DNA from: an uncultured Rickettsiales bacterium
Lineage (GTDB): Bacteria > Myxococcota_A > UBA796 > UBA9615 > CAYRNR01
NCBI GenBank assembly: GCA_964639985.1
Contig: CAZXHG010000011.1
Coordinates: forward strand, 7,871 to 71,870
Direction of reading: 5' to 3'
DNA length: 64,000 nt
This document shows positions 36,359 through 45,659 of this stretch, in pieces; positions within the stretch are counted from its first letter, which is position 1; each line of letters begins with the position of its first letter. Position numbers and translations under genes: made by a program. The notes beneath the pieces were generated by a model. It made no database searches and was not told the origin of the DNA. It was given only the letters and a program-made list of their open reading frames with translations.

Positions 36359-37816
36359 TCAACTGCGAGCGTGCCTTCTCTTCACCCGTCTTCCGACCAG
36401 GCAGGCGGTTCGCGTGTCGGTGAAGCCGTCGGCGGTCCTGCTGGTCACGAACCGTCGCCCGTCCTCGCGGCGCGCGTACATCACCACGCGCGTGGGCTGG
36501 CCGGTGCGGTCGTACAGGGCGGTGTAGGTCTCGATGGTGCCGTCGGCGTCGGGGGTGTCGACGACCTCGACCGGGGGATCGCCCACGAGGGGGGCGGCGG
36601 CGTCCTGCGGGTCGAACCGGGCCAGCTCCCCGTCCCCGGGCTCGCAGGCGTACACGCCGGCGGCGTGCTTGTGCAGGAACCAGCTCAGGGCGGTGACCAG
36701 GCCGTTGTCCAGGTCGCCGTGGGCGATGCGCTCGGCCAGGGTGGCGATGCCGTGCAGGTTGTAGTCGTTGCCCGGGCCGCCGAAGAAGCCGAGACCGCCG
36801 GTGAGGGTCAGGGGGCGGGGGTCGTCGTGGGCCAGGCCCAGCTCGTGGCAGGCCATGGTCACGGCGCAGGGGAAGCAGCTGTACAGGTCGAAGGCCTGCA
36901 TCTCGTCGACCGTGATGCCGGCGCGCGCCATGGCGCGGGAGGCGGCCGCGCCCAGGGCCGCGTTGCGGGTGAAGTCCCGCTTGTGCACCAGGAACCGCTG
37001 ACGGTCCTCGGTGCAGGCGCCGCCGCGGAAGTACACCGGTCGCAGGCCCTTGCGCGCCGGGGCCAGGTCCGCGCGGGCCAGCAGCACGGCCGCGCCCTGG
37101 TCCACGGTGACCAGGGAGTTCATGTACTTGGTGTAGGGGAAGGAGATACGGCGGTTGTCCGGCGTGGGCGTGATGATCTCCTCGACGGTCCGAGCCTGCG
37201 GGGTCCAGGCGTAGGGATTGCGGGCCGCGACCTCGCTGAAGCGCGCCCACATCTCGCCCACCTGCCGACGCCACGCGTCCAGTTCCATGCCCGACGCCGC
37301 CCACAGGGCGACCTCGAACAGGGGGAACCCGTGGATCGGCGCCACGATCCCGTGCTCCCGCTCCAGGTCCGTGGAGCCGCGCAGGTCGTCGCCGTCGTAG
37401 TCGTCCTTCACACCCGCGAACAGCGCCTGGTCGCCGGGCAGGCCCTGCAGCCGGTTGCGGTAGTAGGCCTCGGCCCCGACCACGAGCACGCGGTCGAGCT
37501 CGCCGCGCGCGATCAGGCCTGCGGCGCGGCTGACCAGGGTCTGGGGCGAGTTGCCGCCGATGCGGGAGACCTCGAGCAGGCGTGGGCGGGCGCCCAGCCG
37601 TTCGGTCAGCCGGGCCTCGCCGTCGCCCACGTGCGCGCTCATGGGCCGCACCACGAGGATGGCGTCGACCTGCCGCAGGATATCCGGGTCGCGGGTGGTC
37701 TCGGCCGCGCGCCGCGCCGCGGTCTCCATCAGGCCCACGGGCCCGCGGCGTTCGCCGGTGTGCTCCTTGCGCTGGACCACCTGGCCCCAGCCCGCGACGA
37801 CCACCTTCACGCCCAT
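36359..37816 (-). CDS. thiolase-like protein (acetyl-CoA acetyltransferase / SCP-x thiolase family)
   Basis: 485 aa; thiolase-like Cys-containing N-terminal half and conserved C-terminal GGLGFFGGPGNDYNLHGIATL block. Confidence 0.7.
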   Translation of the reverse strand: MGVKVVVAGWGQVVQRKEHTGERRGPVGLMETAARRAAETTRDPDILRQVDAILVVRPMSAHVGDGEARLTERLGARPRLLEVSRIGGNSPQTLVSRAAGLIARGELDRVLVVGAEAYYRNRLQGLPGDQALFAGVKDDYDGDDLRGSTDLEREHGIVAPIHGFPLFEVALWAASGMELDAWRRQVGEMWARFSEVAARNPYAWTPQARTVEEIITPTPDNRRISFPYTKYMNSLVTVDQGAAVLLARADLAPARKGLRPVYFRGGACTEDRQRFLVHKRDFTRNAALGAAASRAMARAGITVDEMQAFDLYSCFPCAVTMACHELGLAHDDPRPLTLTGGLGFFGGPGNDYNLHGIATLAERIAHGDLDNGLVTALSWFLHKHAAGVYACEPGDGELARFDPQDAAAPLVGDPPVEVVDTPDADGTIETYTALYDRTGQPTRVVMYARREDGRRFVTSRTADGFTDTRTACLVGRRVKRRHARS

Positions 37817-37823
37817 CGTCGTC

Positions 37824-38963
37824 CTACCTGTCCTCTCGCAGCTCGTAGCGGATCCAGCGGGCGTCCACCGGACCGATCTGCACGGGGTGGCGGCGGGCTG
37901 CCTTGAGCCGCAGCGGTCGGGTGATCGCGGAGTCGCCGGACAGCAGGTGGGCCGTGGCCCCGGCGCACTGGTCCTTGAGGAACCGTCCCAGGTCGGTCCA
38001 GGCCTGCTGCTGTGTGTCCTCGTCCAGCCGCCTCCCCCACGGCGGGTTGCAGACCACGTGGTCGGGGGGGGACGGCCGGGTGTTGTGGGCGAGGTCCGTG
38101 TGCTGCAGGTCGATGCGGTCGCGCACGCCCGCGGCCGTCAGGCTCTTGCGGGCGATGCCCAGCGCGCCGGCGTGGTGGTCCGCTCCGGTGATGTGGAAAT
38201 CGCGTTCTCGCCCGTCCGCGTACCGCTGCTCGGCCTCGTCGAGCAGCGCCCGCCACGGCCCCGCCTCGAAGTCGGGCCAGCGCTGGAAAGCGAACCGCCG
38301 CCGCAGCCCCGGCGCCCGGTCCTGGACCAGGTGGGCCGCCTCGACCAGGAAGGTGCCCGATCCGCACATGGGGTCGTGCAGCGAGCCCTCACCGGCCCAG
38401 CCCGTGAGCAGCAGCAGCCCGGCGGCCACGGCCTCGTTGAGCGGGCTCTTGACCTGCACCGGCCGCCAGCCCCGGCGGTGCAGGCTGTCGCCGCTGAGGT
38501 TGCGCAGCATCGTGGCGCGGTCGTCGCGCACGATCACGCGCAGGGGCACGTCCGGGTCGGCCGTGTCCACGTCGGGCCTGCGTCCGTGCTTCGCCCGCAG
38601 GCGGTCGACGATGCCGTCCTTGACCACCAGCGAGACAAAGCGCGAGTCGCTGGCGCGGCTGTCGTTCACGGCCGCGGTCACGGCCAGGGTGCAGTCCGGT
38701 TCGATCACCGGATCCCAGTCGAAGCCGCGCACCGCGTCGTACAGCTGCTCGCGGCTGGCGGCCGGGCGGTTGCGGAACAGCTGCTCCTGCACGCGGCTCG
38801 CCGCGCGTAGCCACAGGCAGGCCGCGTACCCCGTGGCCAGCGGGCCGTGGAACTGCACCCGTCCGCGCAGCGTGCGCAGGTGCTGCACGCCCAGGGCCTG
38901 CAGCTCGGCGGCGACGACGTCCTCCAGCCCGAGGGCGCAGGTGGCGAAGAAGGTGCGGCTCAT
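37824..38963 (-). CDS. THUMP-domain class I SAM-dependent RNA (m2G-type, RlmL/RlmKL-like) methyltransferase
   Basis: true ATG at 38963; GSGTFL SAM motif and NPPWG catalytic motif; the upstream part of the track ORF is an out-of-frame overlap of the next gene. Confidence 0.75.
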   Translation of the reverse strand: MSRTFFATCALGLEDVVAAELQALGVQHLRTLRGRVQFHGPLATGYAACLWLRAASRVQEQLFRNRPAASREQLYDAVRGFDWDPVIEPDCTLAVTAAVNDSRASDSRFVSLVVKDGIVDRLRAKHGRRPDVDTADPDVPLRVIVRDDRATMLRNLSGDSLHRRGWRPVQVKSPLNEAVAAGLLLLTGWAGEGSLHDPMCGSGTFLVEAAHLVQDRAPGLRRRFAFQRWPDFEAGPWRALLDEAEQRYADGRERDFHITGADHHAGALGIARKSLTAAGVRDRIDLQHTDLAHNTRPSPPDHVVCNPPWGRRLDEDTQQQAWTDLGRFLKDQCAGATAHLLSGDSAITRPLRLKAARRHPVQIGPVDARWIRYELREDR

Positions 38964-38974
38964 GGCCGCGCAGT

Positions 38975-40573
38975 CTACTCGAAATGGAACAGGTGGAAAG
39001 ACCAGCCGACCCGGCCTGCGACCTCGTGGCGGGCCAGCCAGTCGGTGGGTACGCCGTGCTGTTGCTCGTACAGCCTGCCGCGGATGAGCTCCTGGGTGCT
39101 CAGCGCGTACCAGCCCGGCGCCGGCTCGGCCGCGGCCCACGACCCGTCGGTCAGGGGCTCGTGGTCGATGCCGTAGTACGCGGGATCCGCGCTCACGACC
39201 CACGCGTAGCGCAGGTGCACGCGCCCGATGCCGCGGCGGTCGAGCTCGGCCTTCAGCCGCCGCAGGTCCTGACCCCAGTCGATGTTCGAGTCGTCGAGCA
39301 CGGCGTGGCCGTTGGCCGATCCACCGACCAGGTCGCTGAAGTACGACATCTGGTGGGGGTGCACCACGGCGGTGGACAGCACGGCCCGGGCCACCAGCAG
39401 GCCCAGCACGATCTTCATCACGTTGTTCGTCCACAGCGCCGGCGCCACGCGGCCCACGAACACGAACAGCAGCGGGTAGCACGGCAACAGGTAGCGCGCG
39501 CCGATGTTCGCGGCCAGGGTCGCGGTCACCACCGCGAACAGCAGCGGTGGCAGCACCAGCCACAGCTCCTCCATGTCGTCGTCGGTGCGCCTGTGACCGA
39601 ACAGGGCCAGCCCGCAGGCCGCACCCAGCAGCACCAGCACGGCCAGCCGGGTCTTGGCCAGGAAGGCCGCGGGGAAGTACCACCAGACCCCCCCCTGTTC
39701 GAAGCGGCCGAAGGCGTAGAAGTGGTAGTCGTCCGCGTGATCCGCGTTCACCCGCAGCAGGCCGTCGAGGTAGAAGCCCGCGTCCAGGGGGAAGCCGTAG
39801 CAGGCCCAGGCCACCAGCGCGCCAGTGGCGACCATGGCTGCGCCGATGGCCACGGTCTTGCCGAAACGGCGGCCGGGCGTGACCCCGGTGCCGCGGCGGC
39901 CCGAGCCGTCGAACGGCCGCAGCACCCACGTCAGCAGCAGCACGGCCATGACCGGCAGCAGGAACACCCCCGAGAACTTGGCGGCGAGGGTGCCGCCCAG
40001 CATCACGCCGGCCACGCCCAGCTGCGCGTAGGCGCCGCCGCGCAGGTAGGCGCGCAGGTGGAACAGGGTGGCGGTCCAGAACAGGGCCAGGCCCACGTCC
40101 ATGGTGACCAGGCCGGTATGACCCAGCACCAATGGGCAGGTGGCATACAGCAGCAGGGACAGGGCCGCGCCGCGGGTGCCCCACAGGGACCGGGACCACA
40201 GGTAGACGTAGATCCCGAGCACCAGGCCCAGCAGCACCATCGGCAACCGGCCCCACAGCAGCAGCAGGTCCGCGTCGTTGCCGTACAGGAAGCGGTGGCC
40301 GAAGCCCCACTCCTCCACCGGGTCGGAGGTCCAGCCCGGATCGTCCAGGTCGAGCTCGGGCTGCAGGCCCAGCAGCGGCAGGCCGGCCAGCAGCTTGATC
40401 AGCGGCGGGTGCTGCGGGTTGAGGCGGTAGTCGCCGGTGGCCAGGTAGGTGTAGCCCGCGGGCAGGTGGGTGACCTCGTCCGAGGTGGCGCTCGAACCCC
40501 AGGTGGCGGTCACGGCCAGGACCGCCATCAGCACCAGCCCGGCCGCGATCACGGCCAGGTCGAGGCGGGGCAT
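38975..40573 (-). CDS. glycosyltransferase family 39 (ArnT/PMT-like, phospholipid-carrier-dependent) membrane protein
   Basis: ~11 TM; N-terminal DE motif region (SDEVTHLPAG); ATG 40573 (MPRLDLAV). Confidence 0.8.
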   Translation of the reverse strand: MPRLDLAVIAAGLVLMAVLAVTATWGSSATSDEVTHLPAGYTYLATGDYRLNPQHPPLIKLLAGLPLLGLQPELDLDDPGWTSDPVEEWGFGHRFLYGNDADLLLLWGRLPMVLLGLVLGIYVYLWSRSLWGTRGAALSLLLYATCPLVLGHTGLVTMDVGLALFWTATLFHLRAYLRGGAYAQLGVAGVMLGGTLAAKFSGVFLLPVMAVLLLTWVLRPFDGSGRRGTGVTPGRRFGKTVAIGAAMVATGALVAWACYGFPLDAGFYLDGLLRVNADHADDYHFYAFGRFEQGGVWWYFPAAFLAKTRLAVLVLLGAACGLALFGHRRTDDDMEELWLVLPPLLFAVVTATLAANIGARYLLPCYPLLFVFVGRVAPALWTNNVMKIVLGLLVARAVLSTAVVHPHQMSYFSDLVGGSANGHAVLDDSNIDWGQDLRRLKAELDRRGIGRVHLRYAWVVSADPAYYGIDHEPLTDGSWAAAEPAPGWYALSTQELIRGRLYEQQHGVPTDWLARHEVAGRVGWSFHLFHFE

Positions 40574-40706
40574 GTTCGGGGCCTGGTCCGGGGGTGTGGG
40601 CACGGTCCGATCGTAGTACGGAGGGCCATGTTGCGGCGCAACAAATTCCCTTGATTTGTTGTGCGAACGCACATAGGGTGTGCGTGACGAGGCTGGAGGA
40701 AGGACC

Positions 40707-42239
40707 ATGATCCACGGCAACTGGCTGCAGCGCTGGGCCACCTACGAGCCGGACAAGGTGGCGCTTGTCGACATGGATGGTCGGCGATCGGTCACCTATT
40801 CCGAGTTGAACGAACGTGCCGATCGGGCGGCGAACATGTTGCGCGACCTGTACGGCCTGGGGTTCGGGGATCGGGTGGCCGTGCTGGGTGCCAACCGTTT
40901 TTCACAGGTCGACCTCTATTTCGCAGTTGCGAAGCTGGGGGCGGTCCTGGTGCCGGTCAACTGGCGGCTGACGGCGGACGAGGTGGCGTTCGTGCTGGAC
41001 GACGCCGATCCGGATCTGCTGGTGTATGGCGCGGACGTGGCCGATACCGTGGCCGGGCTGGACGGCGTGTGGGGCGGCGAGCTGCTGGCGTTCGATCCGG
41101 TCGAGGGGGAGGTCGGTTATGCGGAGCTGATCTCCGGGGCTTCCTCGCTCCCGGTGAGCACCGACGGCATCGAGGCGGAGACGCCAGCGATGTTGCTGTA
41201 CACGTCGGGGACCACGGGCCGGCCCAAGGGGGCGGTGCTGACCCACGGCACGATCACCTGGAACGCGATCAACACGTGTGCGGGGTGGGACATCCGCAAC
41301 GACGACGTGACCATCACGCACACGCCGTTCTTCCACACCGGCGGCTGGAACGTGCTGACCCTGCCGCTGCTGCACCGGGGCGGGACCGTGGTGCTGGCCG
41401 ACCGCTTCGACGCGGACGCGACGCTGGACGCCATCAGCCGCCACGGGGTGACCGTGCTGTTCGCCGTGCCGACCATGTTCCAGATGATGGTGGACAGCGA
41501 GCGCTTCGCCGGAGCCGACCTGTCGCCCGTGCGGTTCTTCATCAGCGGGGGCGCGGCCTGCCCGGTGCCGCTGATCGAGACGTGGCAGGCGCGGGGGGTG
41601 GTGTTCAAGCAGGGCTACGGGCTGACCGAGGTGGGGCCCAACTGCTTCGTGCTGCACGAGCGCGACGCGGTGCGCAAGGCTGGGTCGGTGGGGTTCCCCA
41701 CGCTGCACCTGGATACGCGGCTGGTGGACGGCGACGGGCGCGAGGTGGGGCCGGACGAGGTGGGCGAGCTGCAGCTGCGCGGGCCCACGGTGTGCGCCGG
41801 CTACTGGCGCAATCCCGAGGCCACGGCCGGGGCCCTGCAGGACGGCTGGTTCGCCACCGGCGACCTGTTCCGGCGGGACGCCGAGGGCTACCACTTCGTG
41901 GTCGGGCGGCTGAAGGAGATGTTCATCTCCGGCGGGGAGAACATCTATCCCGCGGAGGTGGAAAGGGTGCTATACGAGATTCCCGCCGTGGTCGAGGCTG
42001 CGGTGGTGCCGCAGCCGGACGAGCGGTGGGGTGAGGTGGGGCACGCGTTCGTGGCCCTGGGCCGGACCAACGGCTCGGGCGCGCCCGACCCCGACGACAT
42101 CCTGGCGTTCTGCCGGCAGCACCTGGCCCGCTACAAGGTGCCCAAGGCGCTGACGATCCTCGGCGAGCTGCCCAAGGGCTCGTCCGGCAAGATCCTCAAG
42201 CGTGAGCTGACCGAGCGCGCGGCCGGGGCGGTGCGATGA
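40707..42239 (+). CDS. AMP-dependent acyl-CoA synthetase/ligase
   Basis: AMP-binding motif LLYTSGTTGRPKG; GYGLTE; C-terminal conserved Lys; ATG after GGAGGA. Confidence 0.85.
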   Translation: MIHGNWLQRWATYEPDKVALVDMDGRRSVTYSELNERADRAANMLRDLYGLGFGDRVAVLGANRFSQVDLYFAVAKLGAVLVPVNWRLTADEVAFVLDDADPDLLVYGADVADTVAGLDGVWGGELLAFDPVEGEVGYAELISGASSLPVSTDGIEAETPAMLLYTSGTTGRPKGAVLTHGTITWNAINTCAGWDIRNDDVTITHTPFFHTGGWNVLTLPLLHRGGTVVLADRFDADATLDAISRHGVTVLFAVPTMFQMMVDSERFAGADLSPVRFFISGGAACPVPLIETWQARGVVFKQGYGLTEVGPNCFVLHERDAVRKAGSVGFPTLHLDTRLVDGDGREVGPDEVGELQLRGPTVCAGYWRNPEATAGALQDGWFATGDLFRRDAEGYHFVVGRLKEMFISGGENIYPAEVERVLYEIPAVVEAAVVPQPDERWGEVGHAFVALGRTNGSGAPDPDDILAFCRQHLARYKVPKALTILGELPKGSSGKILKRELTERAAGAVR

Positions 42240-43822
42240 GGAGCGAAGGCGTGGGAGACGATCCGAGCCGGAAGCTGGTCGACCTGTGGGCCGAGGCGGC
42301 TCGCGGCTACACCGACGCGGTGCAGTCGTTCTGGGAGCAGGCCGGGAAAGCGGCTGGCACCCCGTCCGACGACCCGATGGCGGCCTGGGAGCAGGCGGTT
42401 GAGCAGTGGCAGCACGGCATGAGCACGCTGACCTCGCTGCAGGCGTCGTTCCTGGAGCAGCTGCTGGCCGACGCCCCGGACACGGGCGAGGCGCGGGTGG
42501 ACGCCCAGACCTTCGGCCAGCTCGACCGGCTGGGCAAGGCCAACTGGGAGGAGGAGCTGCGGCTGCTGTCGCAGCTGCCGGCTGCGGCTGCGACCCGCGC
42601 CGAGGGCGTGGACTCGGCGCGGCTGGGGCGGCTGTTCGAGGGCATGTGGGCCGAGTACCTGCGCGACCTCGAGGCCATGCCCGACGGTGCCTTCCGCATG
42701 GACCTGCAGCCGCTGGCCGAGGCCTGGACGCGGGTGCTGACCGGCCAGGGGGACGACGAGGCGCACAAGGTGGTGGACCGGCTGGTGCAGGCCGCGGCGG
42801 TCAAGGCCCGCTACGGCAGCGAGTACTACGCCGATCCCGAGGACACGAAGGTGGGGTTGACCCCGCGCGAGTGCGTGCACGAGCAGGGACGGCTGAAGCT
42901 GTACCGCTACCTGCCCGCCGAGGGGGTGGAGCCCGCGGACGCGCCGCCGGTGCTGATCGTGTACTCGGTGATCAACAAGCCCTACATCCTCGACCTGCTG
43001 CCCGGGCTCAGCTTCATCGAGCACCTGCTGGGCCAGGGCCTGGACGTGTACCTCATCGACTGGGGCGAGGCCGAGCGCGGGGATCGGACCACCACGCTGG
43101 ACAGCTACATCGACCCGGGCATCGCCGGCTGCGTGCTCGCCATCCGGGAGCGTACCGGCGCCGAGCAGGTCTCCCTGTTCGGCCACTGCATCGGCGGCAA
43201 CCTGGCCCTGATGTACGCCGCGCAGCACCCGGCCGCCGTCGCCCGGCTGATCACCCTGACCACGCCGATCACGGCCGCCGAGGGCGGGGTGGTGGCCCTG
43301 TGGACCGACCGCGACGTGTTCCCCGTGGATGCGCTCGTCGACGCCTACGGCCACATGCCGGCCAAGCTGATCCGCTACACCTTCATGGCCATCAAGCCCT
43401 ACTACGAGGTCATGAAGTGGAAGATGTTCCTCGAGAACCTGGGCAACGACGCGGTCATGGACCTGTTCCTGCCCGTGGACCGCTGGGCCAACGAGAACGT
43501 GGACATCCCCGGCGAGGTGATGCGGAAGTTCGTCGTGGAGGTGTTCCACGACGATCGCTTCCGCGACGGCGAGACCCGGATCAACGGCCGCAAGGTCGAT
43601 CTGGGCGCGATCACCTGCCCGCTGCTGAACCTGGCGGCGACCAAGGACTGGATCGTGCCGTCCGCGTCCGCGTCCGTGCTCAACGACCTCGTGGGCAGCG
43701 AGGACAGCCGCTACGTGGAAATCGAGGGCGCGCACGTGAGCATCATGATCGACCCGCGCTCGCGGCCGGTTTGGACCACGATGAGCGACTTCCTCGCCGG
43801 CCGGGACGAGGACGGCGCGTGA
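42236..43822 (+). CDS. PHA-synthase-like (PhaC-like) alpha/beta hydrolase
   Basis: lipase box with Cys nucleophile LFGHCIGGN; 528 aa; ATGA overlap with the ligase. Confidence 0.7.
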   Translation: MRSEGVGDDPSRKLVDLWAEAARGYTDAVQSFWEQAGKAAGTPSDDPMAAWEQAVEQWQHGMSTLTSLQASFLEQLLADAPDTGEARVDAQTFGQLDRLGKANWEEELRLLSQLPAAAATRAEGVDSARLGRLFEGMWAEYLRDLEAMPDGAFRMDLQPLAEAWTRVLTGQGDDEAHKVVDRLVQAAAVKARYGSEYYADPEDTKVGLTPRECVHEQGRLKLYRYLPAEGVEPADAPPVLIVYSVINKPYILDLLPGLSFIEHLLGQGLDVYLIDWGEAERGDRTTTLDSYIDPGIAGCVLAIRERTGAEQVSLFGHCIGGNLALMYAAQHPAAVARLITLTTPITAAEGGVVALWTDRDVFPVDALVDAYGHMPAKLIRYTFMAIKPYYEVMKWKMFLENLGNDAVMDLFLPVDRWANENVDIPGEVMRKFVVEVFHDDRFRDGETRINGRKVDLGAITCPLLNLAATKDWIVPSASASVLNDLVGSEDSRYVEIEGAHVSIMIDPRSRPVWTTMSDFLAGRDEDGA

Positions 43823-44742
43823 GCCGGACCGCACTGGCGCTGCTCGCCTCGACCTCGCTCACCGTGGGGGCGGGCTGTGGTGCCAGCTTCTACGAGGATC
43901 CCGAGCCCGACGACCGCGTGCAGTGGGGACAGACCGACCTGCCCGCCGCGCCCTGCGTGGGCGACGGTGACGGCCTGATCACCATCGACGAGTTCATGGT
44001 CGACCCGGAGGTGGGCATCACCGCGTGGTACACGGCCAACCGCGGCGGCACCGAGGTGGTGCTGGACGAGCCGTCCGGGGTGGATGTGGACGGCGCGCTG
44101 ACCTGGGACCTGACCGGGGTCGATCCGGACCGCGACGAGCTGCTCGACATCGCGCCGACGTCTCTCGAAGGCCGCTGGTACGCGGACCTGTTCGGCGACG
44201 GGGCCGACACGTTCGACGCGTTGCTCGACGCCTCCAGCGGCATGATGGGCGTGTACCGGCTCGACGCCGACGCCGAAGCGCTGATGTTGCTGGGCATCGC
44301 CGCGCAGGACGAGGGGGACCACCTGGTCTACGACCCGCCCGTGCCGATGCTGACCTTCCCGCTGGCGGACGGCGACGCCTGGACCCCGGAGGACGCCGCG
44401 GCCGAGGGCGAGGTGGACGGCGATGTCTACCCGCAGGACCTGGGCGTGGACGGCGTGGTGAGCCTGGTGCACACGTACGACGTGGAGGTGGACGGCGAGG
44501 GCCTGCTGCTGACCCCCCTGGGCGACCTGCCCGTCCTGCGGGTGCGGGTGACCCACCGCCAGGAGGCGTACAACAGCATCGCCGGGCTGTTCGCCGCGGA
44601 CAGCTCGCGGGCGACCCTGTTCGTCAGCGAGTGCCTGGGAGTGGTCGGCCGGCTGCGCAGCGTGGCCGACGAGGTGGACGCGGACTTCGACGTGGCCACC
44701 GAGGTGCTGCGGCTGGGCTACGCCGAGGAGGTGGCGCCGTGA
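43819..44742 (+). CDS. lipoprotein, family A (paralog of 47256-48089)
   Basis: GTG start overlapping the previous stop; lipobox LTVGAGC; shares LVYDxPxxxxxFPxAxGDxW and ECxGxxGRxxS blocks with the paralog. Confidence 0.55.
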   Translation: MSRTALALLASTSLTVGAGCGASFYEDPEPDDRVQWGQTDLPAAPCVGDGDGLITIDEFMVDPEVGITAWYTANRGGTEVVLDEPSGVDVDGALTWDLTGVDPDRDELLDIAPTSLEGRWYADLFGDGADTFDALLDASSGMMGVYRLDADAEALMLLGIAAQDEGDHLVYDPPVPMLTFPLADGDAWTPEDAAAEGEVDGDVYPQDLGVDGVVSLVHTYDVEVDGEGLLLTPLGDLPVLRVRVTHRQEAYNSIAGLFAADSSRATLFVSECLGVVGRLRSVADEVDADFDVATEVLRLGYAEEVAP

Positions 44743-45659
44743 TGCCCCGGCCCTGCTCGCTGGTGCTGTGCCTGGGCCTGCTGGCGGCCAGCCAGGGGTG
44801 TGCGCTGAAGTACCAGTCCGGAGCCCTGGACTACCGCGACGAGCCCCTGGCTGTGGTCGAGCTGCAGGGCGCGGACATCCGCTACGACGACCAGGGGCCG
44901 CGGGACGCCGAGGCCGTGGTGCTGATCCACGGGTTCGGCTCGTCTCTGCACAGCTGGGACTTCCAGGTGCATGCCCTGGCCGAGCGCTTCCGGGTGGTGC
45001 GGCTGGACCTCGAGGGCTTCGGCCGGTCGAGCAAGTACGACGGCGGCTACGGCCCCGAGGACCAGGCCGCGGTCGTGCTGGCGCTGATGGACCACCTCGG
45101 CATCGAACGCGCCCACCTGGTGGCCCACTCCTACGGCAGCCTGGTCGCCCTGGTCCTGGCCCTGGACGAGCCCGAGCGGGTGGGCCGGATGGTGCTGACC
45201 GGCGCCTTCGTGTACCCCGAGCAGCTGCCGTGGTCGCTGAGGTCCGCGCGCACGCCGGGCATGGGCGAGCTGATCTTCGGGCTGTGGTACGTCGAGAACC
45301 TGGAGTGGCGGTTCGGGCTGTCGTTCCACGATCCGGACCGCTGGATCTCCGAGGAGATGCTGTGGCGGGCCCGCTACACCCTGTCGCAGGACGGCGCGCG
45401 GGCCGCGGCCCTGGCCACGGTGAGGGCCATGGACCTGGAGCAGTGGCAGCTCCGCTACGGCGAGGTCGAGGCGACGGCACTGCTGGTCAGTGGCCGTGAG
45501 GACGTGGTCGCCCGGCCCGCGTTCGGCGAGCGCCTCGCAGCCCAGTTGCCCGATGCCGAGCTGGTGGTGCTGCCGTACTGCGGGCACTTCCCCATGGTCG
45601 AGCACCATGGGCGGTTCAACGACCTGGTGCTGGCCCACCTGCGGGGAGGCGAGCGATGA
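44742..45659 (+). CDS. alpha/beta hydrolase-fold lipoprotein
   Basis: lipobox LAASQGC; HGFGSS and nucleophile elbow AHSYGS; catalytic His near C-terminus (CGHFPM). Confidence 0.7.
   Translation: MPRPCSLVLCLGLLAASQGCALKYQSGALDYRDEPLAVVELQGADIRYDDQGPRDAEAVVLIHGFGSSLHSWDFQVHALAERFRVVRLDLEGFGRSSKYDGGYGPEDQAAVVLALMDHLGIERAHLVAHSYGSLVALVLALDEPERVGRMVLTGAFVYPEQLPWSLRSARTPGMGELIFGLWYVENLEWRFGLSFHDPDRWISEEMLWRARYTLSQDGARAAALATVRAMDLEQWQLRYGEVEATALLVSGREDVVARPAFGERLAAQLPDAELVVLPYCGHFPMVEHHGRFNDLVLAHLRGGER

Noticed and set aside
38964-40715. Upper 580 aa of the 963-aa ORF 37824-40715
   Set aside because: It is out of frame with the glycosyltransferase family 39 gene on the same strand. The genuine RNA methyltransferase begins at the ATG at 38963, and the upstream part is Pro/Gly/Arg-rich.
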